Assembly: GCA_030704615.1 (NCBI GenBank)
Contig: CM060731.1
Coordinates: 63,922,001 to 63,986,000 of the forward strand
DNA length: 64,000 bases
Direction: 5' to 3'
Source of the DNA: Takakia lepidozioides
Taxonomy: Eukaryota; Plantae; Bryophyta
Shown here: piece by piece, positions 27,481 to 40,141 of the stretch
Layout of the letters: the number at the start of each line of letters is the position of its first letter
Numbering within the stretch: the stretch's first letter is position 1
Translations under genes and position numbers: made by a program
The notes under the pieces: generated by a model
The model's input: only the letters and a program-made list of their open reading frames with translations
Database searches by the model: none
What the model was told of the DNA's origin: nothing

Positions 27481-27823
27481 ATAAAATCCGCAGCGACTTT
27501 AAGCTCTCAGCCCTGTAATTACATCATGGAAATCACAGAACTGCTGCAACAGAATATCAAGCAGCAAAAACCAATAGACAGGCCGGGTCTACTGTTGAAG
27601 TGTCGAGAATCCCAAATGCTCAAGTATGACACATTGCATGGATCATGGGGATCGCCTCCACCAGTTCAAACCAGGTGTTTGCAAGGGAGCGACGCCTGAA
27701 AGGCTTGGTTGGCAATTTTAGTTGAGCATGAGACCCTGGTTTTATGGAAATAGGGAACTGTCTCTTGGCCAAAAAATAAATGATACTGAACTTGTGATGG
27801 GGTAAGTCTGTAACTGGTCTAAT

Positions 27824-30581
27824 TCAATCCTGTATATCATAGCCATCTCCATCAACTACAAAAAGGGAATTCGGATCATGAGGTCTTGGAAATAACAATT
27901 TTAGACGATATGCATCCACACCATTTAAGTAGTATCTATGCAGGCGTTTGGCACGTATGAAGCCAAGATTGCCATATAATGCCAGGGCTCCTTTGTTTGT
28001 GACCTCAGCTTCCAACGTCACCTGCACCCCACCACACCAGTGTCTTTGCTTTTCAGAACATTTAGAACTATGACTAAATAGTCTTCATGCTGGACAGCAA
28101 ACTAGCAGGCACCAATTCCAGAACACATGCCAACCCCTTCATTAAAAACCCCCTCAGTGCCAGAAAACACATGAGCATAAACAAATGAACTTGTCTCTAG
28201 CACAGGTGTAATAAACTTGCTGGTATGGACTGCATACCATATGTAGGAATGCAAGAGTGTTCATTCTAAGGAAAAGAGCGAGCCCCCTTGAGTGGTTCCT
28301 GCTTAAGTACATTACTGCCAAACACTGGCAAAAGATTCTAGTCCTCAGGAAGTTGTTCTAGCTGCTACCTCTTGAGGGAAACTTTCCTAACCTCCTCATT
28401 GCCTTTAACCAGTAACCCTAAAGGTGGTAGACAGTTGCCAGAAATGATACAATGGGTTGGCCTTACAGCTACAAAATGCAGTCCTCCGTAAAAATGATGA
28501 TTGTCTTTGGATCATTCCCAACACCCGTGATAATCTTGTAGCTGTAGGATATTCAAGTCTGAACTACTTGTACAAGCCTTATACCCTTGCATACCAAGTG
28601 GACATCTAAAAGGCAAGAATAGCAATACCTCATCGCATCCGGAATCACGCATCACTTGGATACAGCGAGTCACAAGCTCTGTAGCTGCACAAGAGTCCAC
28701 CTCACAGTATTAATTTACCAAGAAGCAAAATTGGCACACTGACCTGAGGATGCACTGACATCAACAGACAGATAATTTTGTGAGTTAAACAGAGCAGGAT
28801 TTTTATTTTTTTATTTTTAAGGGAAAACACCTGGGAGCGACAGCTCACAAATCAGCCCCCTTGATAGTGAGAGGAGAAAATAACCTCTTTCATAGTAACC
28901 GCGCCATGAGGCGCCGAGCACAAGACACCGCCCAAGGGAACAAAAACATGGTGCGGAGGTGTCCCACTCTCACTACTGCCGCAGTAAATAGGCATCACAG
29001 CCCTTTCTTATCTACTCAATAACGTAACCCATACCACACAATTCCAATTGACATGACTGACCTGAGAAACAGGATTGAAGTCCAGCACCATACATATCAG
29101 GAAACTAAGAGTAGGTAATAACAAAACATGGCTTGAAGGCAACAACCCCAAGAATATTGAATCTTGCATCAGACATCATGGGGAGTTGCCTGTAGTCTCT
29201 TCTTCTGACTTAGGGGCTCTGTGCCATAGTTTGAAGCTTGTTGGCTATTGAAAAGCTTCTTCACTCTTCCTGACCAAGTACCGACATGGTCTCATATCTG
29301 AGCAGTTCAGAGGCAACATGCATAACAGCGCAAGAGGCTTTTTTCAAATAAAACAAGAATTCTCTCACTACTTCCCTGAAGGGAAAGTACGAAACTTTGA
29401 CTTACCTATGCCCTTTCCTCTGTAAGGTTTGATGACAACCAGCATGGCAATATAACCACGAAAGGTGCTTCGGTGTTGACCCATTTTGCAGACAATGGTA
29501 CCCACACACTTGTCCTCATGATAGGCCTGCCCGATAGGCAGAAACAATCAGCAATCAGCTATCACCAACTAGCTGCTGCTCGCTTTATCTACTGGAATGC
29601 CATTAATCCATTCCTCCTGTCAGACTCTCCAAGCACAGCCCGGCCTCACCATCAAACCCACTGAATCTCGAGAGGTGCCATCAAACCCTTTCAACAAGTA
29701 GCAGGTGACAGCAGAAATTTGAAGGTCACCTCAAGATCTGCATATGTTGAAGAAATGCCAAAGGCTTTAACTTAACACACAAGCTGAGTCAGGGATACAA
29801 CCATTTCCTTAGCAGCAGCTAGATAAGAATGGATTATCCCAAGGATCAAAATCTAGATGACTATCCCTGCTACTACCCCTGGCCTATCCACTAAACCAGA
29901 TCCAGAAAGGGTCAGCAACGGTCCAGATTAGGATTTTAAATGACTGCGTGCAGCCTTTTGACCTACTCCCAGAAAATTCTGGTCGCTCCCACTATGTGCC
30001 TCGGGGAGACGGAGAGAGGTGCAATGGCATGACTTGGTGGGTTGAAAACCTAACACTCTCACTTGCCAAGCAAGCGAGCTTCATCCAGGTTAGGTTAGGT
30101 CTAGTTTAGACTCCTCACTACCCAGACTTTTCCACCAATTCACACGCGAAACAGATGCAATTCTTCCAAATTACGAAGTCCTGCTTATAGCTTATCCTTT
30201 AAAGAGAGTAGCTGCCCATGACCCCAAGAGAACATTAGCAAGCACCGAAATTAGGTCACCAGACCGTTCGCACATCTCTACGTAGATTCTATGGTTCACA
30301 CAGTATGGTGAATGTCACCAATCCAAGTAAGATTTAGGCATCTGGTGCAAGCAAGTCGGCCACGAAAAATAGGGATGGGACAAAGTTGAAGCAATTTTCG
30401 AAAGAAAAAGTGGATGGAAGCTTAGAAAGCATGCCATGAAGCAGAGATGGGGCCACATCGTGATGAAGTAGCGGTAGGTGAAGATGGAATAGGGCTCCGA
30501 AAGCTCCTGGTCGATCAACGCCATGATGCCTGGAAGCTGCGTCTCGTCATTGTAAGACACATACCGAATCCCCTCCGCCAT
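27824..30581 (-). CDS. NAA30: N-alpha-acetyltransferase 30 (NatC catalytic subunit, MAK3)
   Basis: Exons 30581-30435, 29526-29406, 28684-28629 and 28021-27824 join into a 173-aa ORF. Motifs include [38 protein letters not shown] and [14 protein letters not shown]. Confidence 0.93.
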
Positions 30582-30708
30582 CTCCACGCTCTCTGCATCT
30601 GCAGATCACAGTAAAACTACCACAGCCCCTGCTGCCCAGATTTCTCCTGTGGAGCGGAAAGAAGCCAAGACAGAACCTTCGTTTGCTAACGAAAGACTGG
30701 TACTTAAC

Positions 30709-31045
30709 GTATTCTGGCCCAAGTCCCCGTTACCACCATCAAGGGCTCGAAAGGGGTGAAGACGTGAAGACAGGACCCGTCTGGCATCTCTCCACATGCT
30801 ATCTGAGGGCCTGATCCAGGTGACTATCCATATCAGTAGTCAGCAGCTTGATGAGTGCGGTCTCAGGGTAAGAGAGGCGGTATTCTGGCCCAAGTCCCAC
30901 TTCCACTATCGAGGGCTCAAAAGGGTGAAGACGTGAAGACAAGTCGAATCTGGCATCTCTCCACGTGCCAACTGAGGGCCTGATCCAGGTGACTATCCAC
31001 ATCAGTAGTCAGCAGCTTGATGAGTGCGGTCTCAGGGTAAGAGAG
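30709..31045. repeat. ~171-bp tandem duplication upstream of the NAA30 start
   Basis: GTATTCTGGCCCAAGTCCC...GGTCTCAGGGTAAGAGAG occurs twice, starting at ~30709 and ~30880. Confidence 0.85.
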
Positions 31046-32059
31046 ACGGGTGGTGGTCGATCTCGCGGTTGCGGAGGTCGAGGAATGTATGCAGGGGATC
31101 TTCGGTGCACTAATTTCAAGTGGAGGGATGTTGCGCACAGATTTTCTGTAGATTTTGGAAGGTGAGCACCGTGGTGATCAGTAATCCGAGGATTTGAGGA
31201 ACAGTGTTCGGGAATCAAATGATGTAGCAAGGTGATGACTCTCCATGGATGGCTCACACCAGGTACGCAATCAATCCCAGAGCCCTCTATTCATAGACTG
31301 AGGATTTAGGGTTTTGGTGCAGAAATACTGGATATTGTATCTAACTCCTGTAACAGCAGAGTTTCGTTACCAATAACCAGCCTGGAGTTTGTCAGGGATC
31401 TGTATCTTCTATAGCAATTAGCATCTATGCAGTCGAACTCCGTAGTCAAATCGTTGTATGTGGATTGGAATTCTGCCTAAGAACGGAGGTGTTTCGGAGG
31501 GCTAACATATGTCAATCAGCTACTCTTGACCGTTGGCCGTCTCAGGCGTCGTCTTTAGGCTTCGTTCAGAACTGATTGGAATATGCCCGCACTGCAATTT
31601 TCACTCCGACTGACATACTATGTGATATGAGCTTCTTAAGCTCTTTCCATATGAAAGTAAAGAACCATGATGGACTTCAGGGTATATCTGAAATAAAATG
31701 TACAGTTTCCACGGTGAAGAAACTGACCTTTCTATACAGACTGAATGTTCTCGTAAGTTGCCGTAGCCTTGTGGTCATAGACCCCGCTCCCAGTTTGGGC
31801 GGAACAAAAGGGAACAGATACTACCTTTGACGGGCTCACTCCGGTAGTGAGACTAACCTTGATAAAGACAATTAGTTTGGGTTTTTCAGCCATCCTCTAC
31901 AAAGCCCTTCACACAAGCATCAACTTGCTGTGTGTGAGCAGCCCAGCAATTAGACCCCAACAGGGCCAGGGCTTTAGGCTCATCCTTAAGATTTTCAAAG
32001 TTGGTGAACAAAGATGTGGGGACAATGTTCTTGATAGTCCTGAAGAGGCTCACTCTCTG

Positions 32060-34270
32060 GTGAGACTACCGCGGACACTGTATCAGAAAATGGATAATGT
32101 CTTCAGGCTGCCCACACATCGGGCAGTTACAATCTCCTCTTCGTTTCTGCATCTGTTTAGTGTTCAAAGGTAGGCTTCCCGCCCTGAGTTTAACTTTCAA
32201 CCTCAAGGGCATAACCACCCTCGGCGCTAGATCAACCTTAAGGTCCCATGTCACAGACTGGAAACAAGTTCAGGCCAGTTCTCCGCCTAACTTCATTTTC
32301 ATTGGACAGTCTTTGGGCATAAGACATAGCTTTGGACACAACCCCCTCCAGGTCAACAAATTTCAGTAGAGTCAATTCTTCTGGACTAATATTCAGATAC
32401 TTGAAAATCTCTTTGACCCTGTCCACCTAGACTTACCATGTTTAACTGGACGGTTTTGCACGAAATAGCATCGATTATCTTAGGGTATCTGGTATTTGGC
32501 ATTTGAATCAACTGACCCCACCATCTGACCTTGAATTCATCACTTCAAGAGCTTAAGGGAGCATGCCAAACTCGCCCAATTAGCCACATTAGCTGTTCTA
32601 GAACAAGCCGACATGCTTTCTTTGAGCACTACGACCTAAATGGATTCAAGAGATAACATGGTTGACTCACACTGCAGATGCTGAAGTTAAAAAGACCATT
32701 CTTTGCGACATTATTAGGCTGGCCTTGGAGTACGCAGTTACAGTTGGAGGAAATTCAACCACAAGACTTGTGTAGGAAGGGAGTGCAGGATCTCTTCGTT
32801 AAACCAATTTCCATTTGAGTTCGCCTCCTCCCTCCCCACGGTCATTGAATGCAACCACCATTTACTAACATTACCTTCTAGCCTCCACAGGTCAAAGAAC
32901 CTCTTCATCAAACCAATTTCCATTTGAGATCGCCTCCTCCCTCCCCACGGTCATTGAATGCAACCACTGCACATTTACTAACATTACCTTCTAGCCTCCA
33001 CAGGTCAAAGAACCTCTTCATCAACTCCTGGAGATTGGATGGGGTATCCCCTAGGCCTGCAAAGTCATCCGCAATCATAAGAGCTGGTATGGTGGCATTG
33101 CTCAAACCCCTCACTTTCCACATCTTCAAGCAGCTTTTTAATGAAAACATGAAAACCACCTCTAGACTCCAGATCAACCTCAAGACGGGGGCTTATTATC
33201 CTACAGATAGCTTGCCCAACTGCGTTAGGAAGCGCGATGCCGTGATAGTTCCCATCTGTCGCCTTTCTTATACAAGTTGACAATGACTCCCTGTCTCCAC
33301 GAAAGGGAATCACTTCAGTCTGCCAAATGTGATCAAAGAGAAGGCAAGGGCCTCTACCATCGTGTCATCTCCATACTTGCTTAGCTCATTGACAATGCCA
33401 TCAAGTCCACCTGCTTTATAGCCGCTTAGATGCTTTACAGCTTCCACGACATCAGTAGAACTAATGGGCGCGTTGTAACCCTTTGAGCTGTCTTGGAATG
33501 TAGGAACAGTTTTTTCTACTGTGTCCTTCCATTCGTTAGAAGGCCCATTGCTATTAGAGTTAGATTCATGGCCAAGAAGTCTGTAGTGTGTTTCAAAGGT
33601 TTTGATGATGTCAACCATTGAAGTCACCACTGCTCCCTTATTATTTCTTAAAAGCCTGTACTTGCTGGCCATTTTTTGGCCTGTACAAACGCTGTAGGGC
33701 AAACCAGAATCTCTTTACTTACCACCATGGTGGTTCAAGTTATTGTCTCTGTACAACTCCTCCCAATAAACTTTCTGCTGAGCCCTTACAAGCTGCCCGC
33801 CTCTCAGCAATCTTGAGATTGATCTCATTATTGGTTCACCAATTTACTGCTCTACCACAGACAAATAGCCTCCTCCCGATGATCCTGTCAGCCGCAGAGG
33901 TGACGATACTCGCCACTTTCGAATTGAACCTTTCTCAGATCTCTCGGTGGTAAGAATACACCTTTTGATCTCAGTCCAGACGAGAAAGTGGTCAGAAGAA
34001 CCAATATCGATTTTCACCCACCACTTTCGCACACTGGTGGAATAACTCCTTATCCACTACAAGATAATCCACAATGGACAGTTCCTCAGTTTGGGCTTTC
34101 CTCAGTTTGGGCTTTTTCACAAGTCCACCGCAAAGGGTCTTCTATGGATCTATTGTTCAAGGTCAGAAGCTGAAGTTCTACCAGCAACTTGACAAGTCTT
34201 TTGCCATTGGAATTCTGCGTATCCTCACCAAAAAGCCCTAGGACATCGTCTTGTTGTAGACCTTTGCCCA
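32060..34270 (-). mobile_element. Decayed non-LTR retrotransposon (LINE) ORF2
   Basis: Endonuclease 'SSDHFLVW'; RT motifs 'KAGGLDGIVNELSK', 'NYHGIAL' and 'LMIADDFAG'; C-terminal 'CPMCGQPEDIIHFLIQCP'. It has many stops and deletions, and an internal ~108-bp duplication at 32800-33020. Confidence 0.85.
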
Positions 34271-34779
34271 CCTACCAAGGCGTGGCCTTTGGTCCCCCAG
34301 ACAGAAAGGGTCCAAATGGTTTGCCGAAGCTCTGTGTATCGTTGAGGCCAAGGTGGAGTAGCAATGACTAACCCTGTGGAACCCAACCAAGGGTCTATCA
34401 GGGCTTTCAGGAGGCCTATTAGATTGTGTGCAAACTTGCCTTCTTTGATGAGGGATTCACAGTAACCATACTAGGCCTGGAGGCCAGTACTCTGTTGTGG
34501 TATGATTGGGTGTGATCTTGAATGAATTCAATTCCAGTAGATTTGTGAACTGAGAAGCGAGCTGCAGCTGACAGATATTAGGGTTTGTGGTGAGTGGTTA
34601 ATGACTTATCTACCTTTAGTCTTTGGGCAGCAGAAAGGGCATTTGTGAGATTGGCACCACAGGACTAGTGGTTTGAGATCTTTTGAAATAATTAGATATC
34701 AACAGACAAGTGCTATGGTTCATACCCCAAATTTCCTCAATTCCAATTGGTGTTTACAAGTCTTCAATATGTTGAGATC

Positions 34780-36719
34780 ATGTTCGTGTCACAGGGGGTT
34801 GAGCAACAGCAAATGCATCATCCCTTCTATCAAATACAGCAACAGCTACTGCATCAGAGTGGCAGTTTGCACAGTTACGCTATAGGAGGGGTGTCTGCAC
34901 CAGGGTCTTCAAGCACCAGTGGTGATGGGTTTGTGTCATTGACAGCGGCACCCAGGTTGCCCATAACCCACCCTCCAGCCATTGCTTACCGACCCATCCG
35001 CCCTTCTGATTTGGAAGTTCTGCAGGAGATTCATGAGGCTCTGTTCCCAATAAAGTAAGTAATTCACATTTTGTCTGTTGCTCCATTTTTCTGAGATTTG
35101 TACTGCCCCATGTAGTCCAAGCAGTGGCATGCACTTCAAGCAGGCCTGATGCTCTTTGCCTCCTATAAGTTCACCTGTCTGAGCCCACTATTTCTGGTGA
35201 GTAAGGTGCATGTATTGGAGTGTAGAAATCTCCTTGTTGATGGCACCAACAATCTTTTTTTGTTACTGGCTAGTGCCCTGAAGGACATACATTAAGAAAC
35301 TTCATATAAATGTATTGGCGGGTTTTGAAATGCCCATCTCCTCCCTCCAGTGCAGGGCCCTGAGGAGTTTTTGCGGTCTGACATCCATATGCAATGAGAC
35401 TTTTTTGACACTATTCTTACCCTGAATCAGGTATGAGGCTGAATTTTTCGCAAATGTTGTGCATGGCCGAGGGATCCTATCTTGGGCAGCTGTGGACACG
35501 AGCAGGTGGGATCTGCAATGTGACGAGCTTGTTGGGTTTGTCACCGCTCGTGTTGTTGCTGCATCAGACTGCGAGGTGATTAGTGCTTGGCAATGATGGG
35601 AGGAACTTCAGGCAGTGCCAGATTCTTTGGTTGTTTTGCTTGGCTGCATAGGAGGGATAAAGAGGGAGGTCTATTGAATTGTGGACAAAAAGGTTTATAT
35701 CAGTTTGCAAAAGAAGCACTTGGTTGTTACGATAGTTGACAGTTTTGAAGTTTTTGGTAGGAAACTGGCATGCATAGGGGAGGCTGATCATAAGTGGGGT
35801 GGTGTTTGGCATATGCAGGAGTTGGACATGCTGGGTTATGAAGTGTTAAAGACTGAGCGTACACTCATTTATATTCTGACATTGGGTGTAATTAAGCCAT
35901 ATCGTAATCTGGGCATTGGTATGAACACAGACTTGTGGCTGCTTTCACTCGGTTGTTTGTGCTTAGTTGGTTGCGATGTCCTTTGTGAAGGAACCTACTG
36001 CATTTCATTTTTGTGTTGCTTCCGAGTGGCTACTCACAAGTTGCCCAGGGGTAAAGATAAAGAAATGGAAAGATCATGGGGTGGGGAGGTTGCAGCATCG
36101 GCATTGATCTGGGAGGTTGTGGAATATGCATCCCGCTTGTCGACGTGCAGAGGTGTGTATTTACATGTGATCTCATACAATCGGTCAGCCATCCACTTCT
36201 ACCAAAAGAACATGTTCCAGTGCCTGCGGAGTCTTCAGAATTTTTATTGCATTAACGGCTCTCACTATGACGCTTATCTGTACGTGTACTACGTCAATGG
36301 TGGCCGTTCTCCCTGCTCAGCACTGTATCCTCAACAGCATAATTTTTTCAAGTTGTTTTGTAAAACAATTGTTTCTTTACTTAATCAGTTTCAACCGGGG
36401 CGCTTGTTTTAAAGATGAAATCTGTTATACTTTTGAGGAGTTTTGGTGTACTTGACTGGCCTTCTCGCGGCAGGGACCTTCTGACAGCTGCCACCTCACT
36501 TGTGCGGAATTTCTTTACATCCCTGACAGCATGGTTATTCTGAGAAAGGAGACAGTGCCACCTAATGTTCCTCAGCCAAAGCTTCACAAGAGTTGGTCGC
36601 CTCAAAAGCACTTGTCACTTGACATGCATTTTCCATGTGTGTTTGAGAGAGTTTTGTTCAACAGGTATCCAGTCTCGTCTGCGGATGGAGTGGATGGTGG
36701 ACCTGAGTACATCATTTAG
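34780..36719 (+). CDS. NAA60: N-alpha-acetyltransferase 60 / MCC1-like GNAT acetyltransferase (start codon approximate)
   Basis: Five exons encode 'IAYRPIRPSDLEVLQEIHEALFPIK|YEAEFF', 'IYILTLGVIKPYRNLGI', 'VYLHVISYNRSAIHFY' and 'HYDAYLYVYYVNGGRSPCS'. Confidence 0.88.
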
Positions 36720-38434
36720 GAATGTTGGAATTAAGATACTGAGGTTGTCCTCAAGGTGTCTGTGAAGTATAGGGTGTTACGAGGTAGGAGATCCAGAGAG
36801 TTGTGATTTTGATGCAACTGTGCTAGTGGAGGCTGATGTCAGCGAAGTTCATCGCGGACATGGGAAATATTTCTCTCTTTGACTGACTTGGGACATGAAC
36901 ATGGCCAAGCACCGCGAAATTGAGCCTGGTGGTAATGTTAGTCCTGGTGTTTACTTCTGAGGCAAAGCAGGCCTGCTTTGCCCGCTCACGCCTAGGCATC
37001 TTAGTGTGAATCTCCCGTGGATCGGGCAATAATGCATACACACTTCTGCTTGGGGTACATCCCATGTGGGCTCTTTGGTCCCTCTGAGCAATTCATGTCC
37101 CAGCAGTGCATTGCAATCTATCCGAAGGCCAAGGGAAGCAGCGGAGTCTCATCACCATACTCATCGCAGTTGCTGGCAACACCATGTAGCTTTGTCATTA
37201 TTGAAACTGGTTGAAATTCCCCGTTATATGAGGTATGTTTTCCAAAACCTAGAATGCCCAAGTAAAAAAAGCTAACTGTCCTAGTTTTGTGCCACCCTCC
37301 ATGCCCTGGCTACTGACCAATTGAATGGACTCAGGAAATTACTCAACCTCAAGCTGCAAGTATGGTATGCTGGCTCCATTAGTCACAACAGTGTTGTCTC
37401 ATGTCTCATCCTTGTATATTGACTACTAATACACTGGACATTCCTGTTCTGCTTCTACATCTGGCAGAAGATCAATGCTGCAGGAGTGTAGTCACGCATT
37501 TGGCTCAGGTTCTGCAATTCTTCATTTGCAACCAGCGTCCAGCCAATTGTACCACTTCAGTTTACTAATCTGCCGAAGATTGGGTATGTGCACTGGAGGA
37601 TGATCTGCAAAAGACTTGGGAGTAGATCCTCAAAGTGTTTCAGTGCTGAGAGTGTTTGTGATGGACACAGGCTGTGACATTCCTTCAAAGTAAGTCTGGC
37701 ATCTGAAGCTCCCCTGGATGAACGCAAAACGAGATGTGGGGTGGATGAAATCAAACGTCAAAAGGGTCGTGTACATCGTAGGATGGTGCCACAGATCGAT
37801 CCGAGCCGAAGGGCAGAGATTGTTTGTTGGGGGAAGCACGGATGAACAAGTGTCATCCTTCTCTTTGCGGAGCCAAACCAGTTCATCCGTCCTCGTCGTT
37901 CTGTGACTGCGCATTTTTTCAATGATCTCTCCCGTTTGCACTGGACTACGGGGACCGACTCTCTGCCGACATCTCCACGAAGAAGACGGACATGTCCGTA
38001 GAAGATACAGACTAGCGACAAAGATCTTGGCGGCCAGCCACAATGTAAACAGAGAACTTAGAGCGAACTTGCCTGCAAGGAAAAAATGTGCATCACAGCA
38101 GGACACCTGCCAGGTAGCCCAGCAGGCTCAGGCAGTAATCAAGCCTTTATAAAAGCAAGAGAAGCTAGCAAACGAAGCACAATCTGGTGTGAGTGAAGGA
38201 CTCGACGTGCTCCCCCCACTTGGGGTCCCTCTCTAACTCCGGGGGACGAGTGGTGATCTCATCACTTCGTTTTTGCTTGATGAATTCCTTCAATTTCCTT
38301 GCAAGCAACCTCCGAATTTGTGGTGATACAGTGGCGAATCCATCAACAGCAACTGGACTTTGGTCCTACATTGTGGATTGAGGGTGAGCGGGTGTAGAGA
38401 GATCGAAGGCAAGCTTATGAGAATATATTGGGAT

Positions 38435-39310
38435 ATGGCGGGTGCGCCGATGGCTACTAGATCAGCTACACAGCTCTTCTTGCATCTTTCCTTGTTCATG
38501 GCGGTGCTGCTACTGTGTTGTGGTGGATTGTGGCCGGTTGGTGTGAGAGGCTCAGACATGGCGGCCCTGCTGGACTTCAAAGAGGGCCTGAAAGGGCTGG
38601 CCCACAACCAACTCTCCGATTGGGTCGCCACTGATATGTCTCCTTGCAAGTGGACAGGGGTTGCTTGCAATGCCGAAAGACGAGTCACAAACCTCTCTCT
38701 TTCGAGACTGGGATTGTCAGGGTTGATTTCTTCCAAGCTTTGGTCCATATCTAGTTTACAACATGTGTACCTGAGTGATAACGCTCTCGCTGGAAGCATC
38801 CCTCCCCAGATACGAAATCTTCTCAATTTACAACACCTTAACCTTTCCCTGAATCATTATATTAGTGGGCCCATCCCTCCGGAGCTATCCCACTGTAGCA
38901 GCTTGCAGGAGCTTGATCTTAGCCGGACTGGCATATCAGGTCCGATTCCAACCTCGTTTGGGCATCTCGGGAAGTTGAGAAGTCTGAAGCTGGTTGGTTG
39001 TGGCATCTATGGCCCCATACCTTCTTTTCTCGCTAAGTGCACTAGCTTGGAGGTAAGTTAGTATTTCTTGTCCAAACTTGTACGAAATGGGTTTATTATC
39101 AGTTTTCCAGTCAATTCGCTGTCTACATAAGTGATTTGACTTTCGTCTTATAGTATTCTAAACCTTTGTGGGAAGATGGATTGTCGATAGTATTGTCATA
39201 AGCTCCTTGTGAAAGGGAAGGCTCCGTTTCACTGAAGGACATAATTTACTAATTCACCTTTTTGGTCCCTTTCTGGGCATCTCAAGAACTTGAGAAGTCT
39301 GAATGCATAC
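38435..39310 (+). pseudogene. LRR receptor-like kinase/protein 5' part (signal peptide, LRRNT, ~5 LRRs), truncated
   Basis: Hydrophobic leader, 'DMAALLDFK..LSDW...PCKWTGVAC' and LxxLxLSxNxLxGxIP repeats. There is a splice donor at ~39053 and only a small LRR remnant at ~39260-39310 before the retroelement nest. Confidence 0.8.
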
Positions 39311-39509
39311 TTCTTCCAGCTCATCCTGGAGACGAGTGTTCCTTGCCAACACCACAGTCAAACTGGATGAGTAAGAAAAACTTAGTGATCTTAACACCTA
39401 ACAGGTTGAGAGATGTAGATTAACGTTTATGAGAATATCATCAAGCGACGTTGTGACTTGTGACATCGCACGTGCGCCCTAAACTCCTAATTATTCAAAA
39501 ATGAGAGCT

Positions 39510-40091
39510 TGTAAGGGCTTGATTCCCACTTGCTGGCTTTTGGGCATGGATGAATGGTATCGTGGATGGAGTAGGATGGTGATGCTCATCCAGGCTAACG
39601 AATGACACCGGATGAGGCTTTCAGTTAAACTTAGTTGGATATAGGTGGAGTAGCCGTTACGCATTAGACGCTAGTACAGCTGGCTATATTAAGTTGATGT
39701 TGTCTTTAGTTAACAGTTAGATTAGGATCAGATTAGAGGATGTGGCAGGTTTGTATGGTCCAGCTAGGATGGCATCTGGCTAACCAATAGAAGGGAGCCG
39801 TTTGGCCTAGGTAAGATTACTTGCTTAACTACTATATAAATCAAAGCACTCAAGAGAACGGAGTGGTGGATTTTGGATCTCATTTGGTGTACTTGTGTTG
39901 GATGAAAAGTGGCTCTTTATGTTAAGTTGTTGGAAGATTCCCCCCTACTTAGCGTGCTTTGCTCTACAAGGCATACATCCCCAATGCAAGTAATTTCCCG
40001 AGATAGAGAGGAATAATCCGACGGCCCCGGAATCTTGGTGGAGATGGGGGCATCTAATCTGTTACCGGGAACGAATGTATTAATCATCACA
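39510..40091 (+). mobile_element. Possible 5' LTR of element A
   Basis: Starts TGTAAGGG, ends ..ATCACA and has a TATA-like CTATATAAA at ~39832. No second copy is present in the window. Confidence 0.35.
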
Positions 40092-40141
40092 AGTGTTGTG
40101 TGTGTGGCAAGGGCATAAGGTACAGCCGTCAGAAAGGCGAA

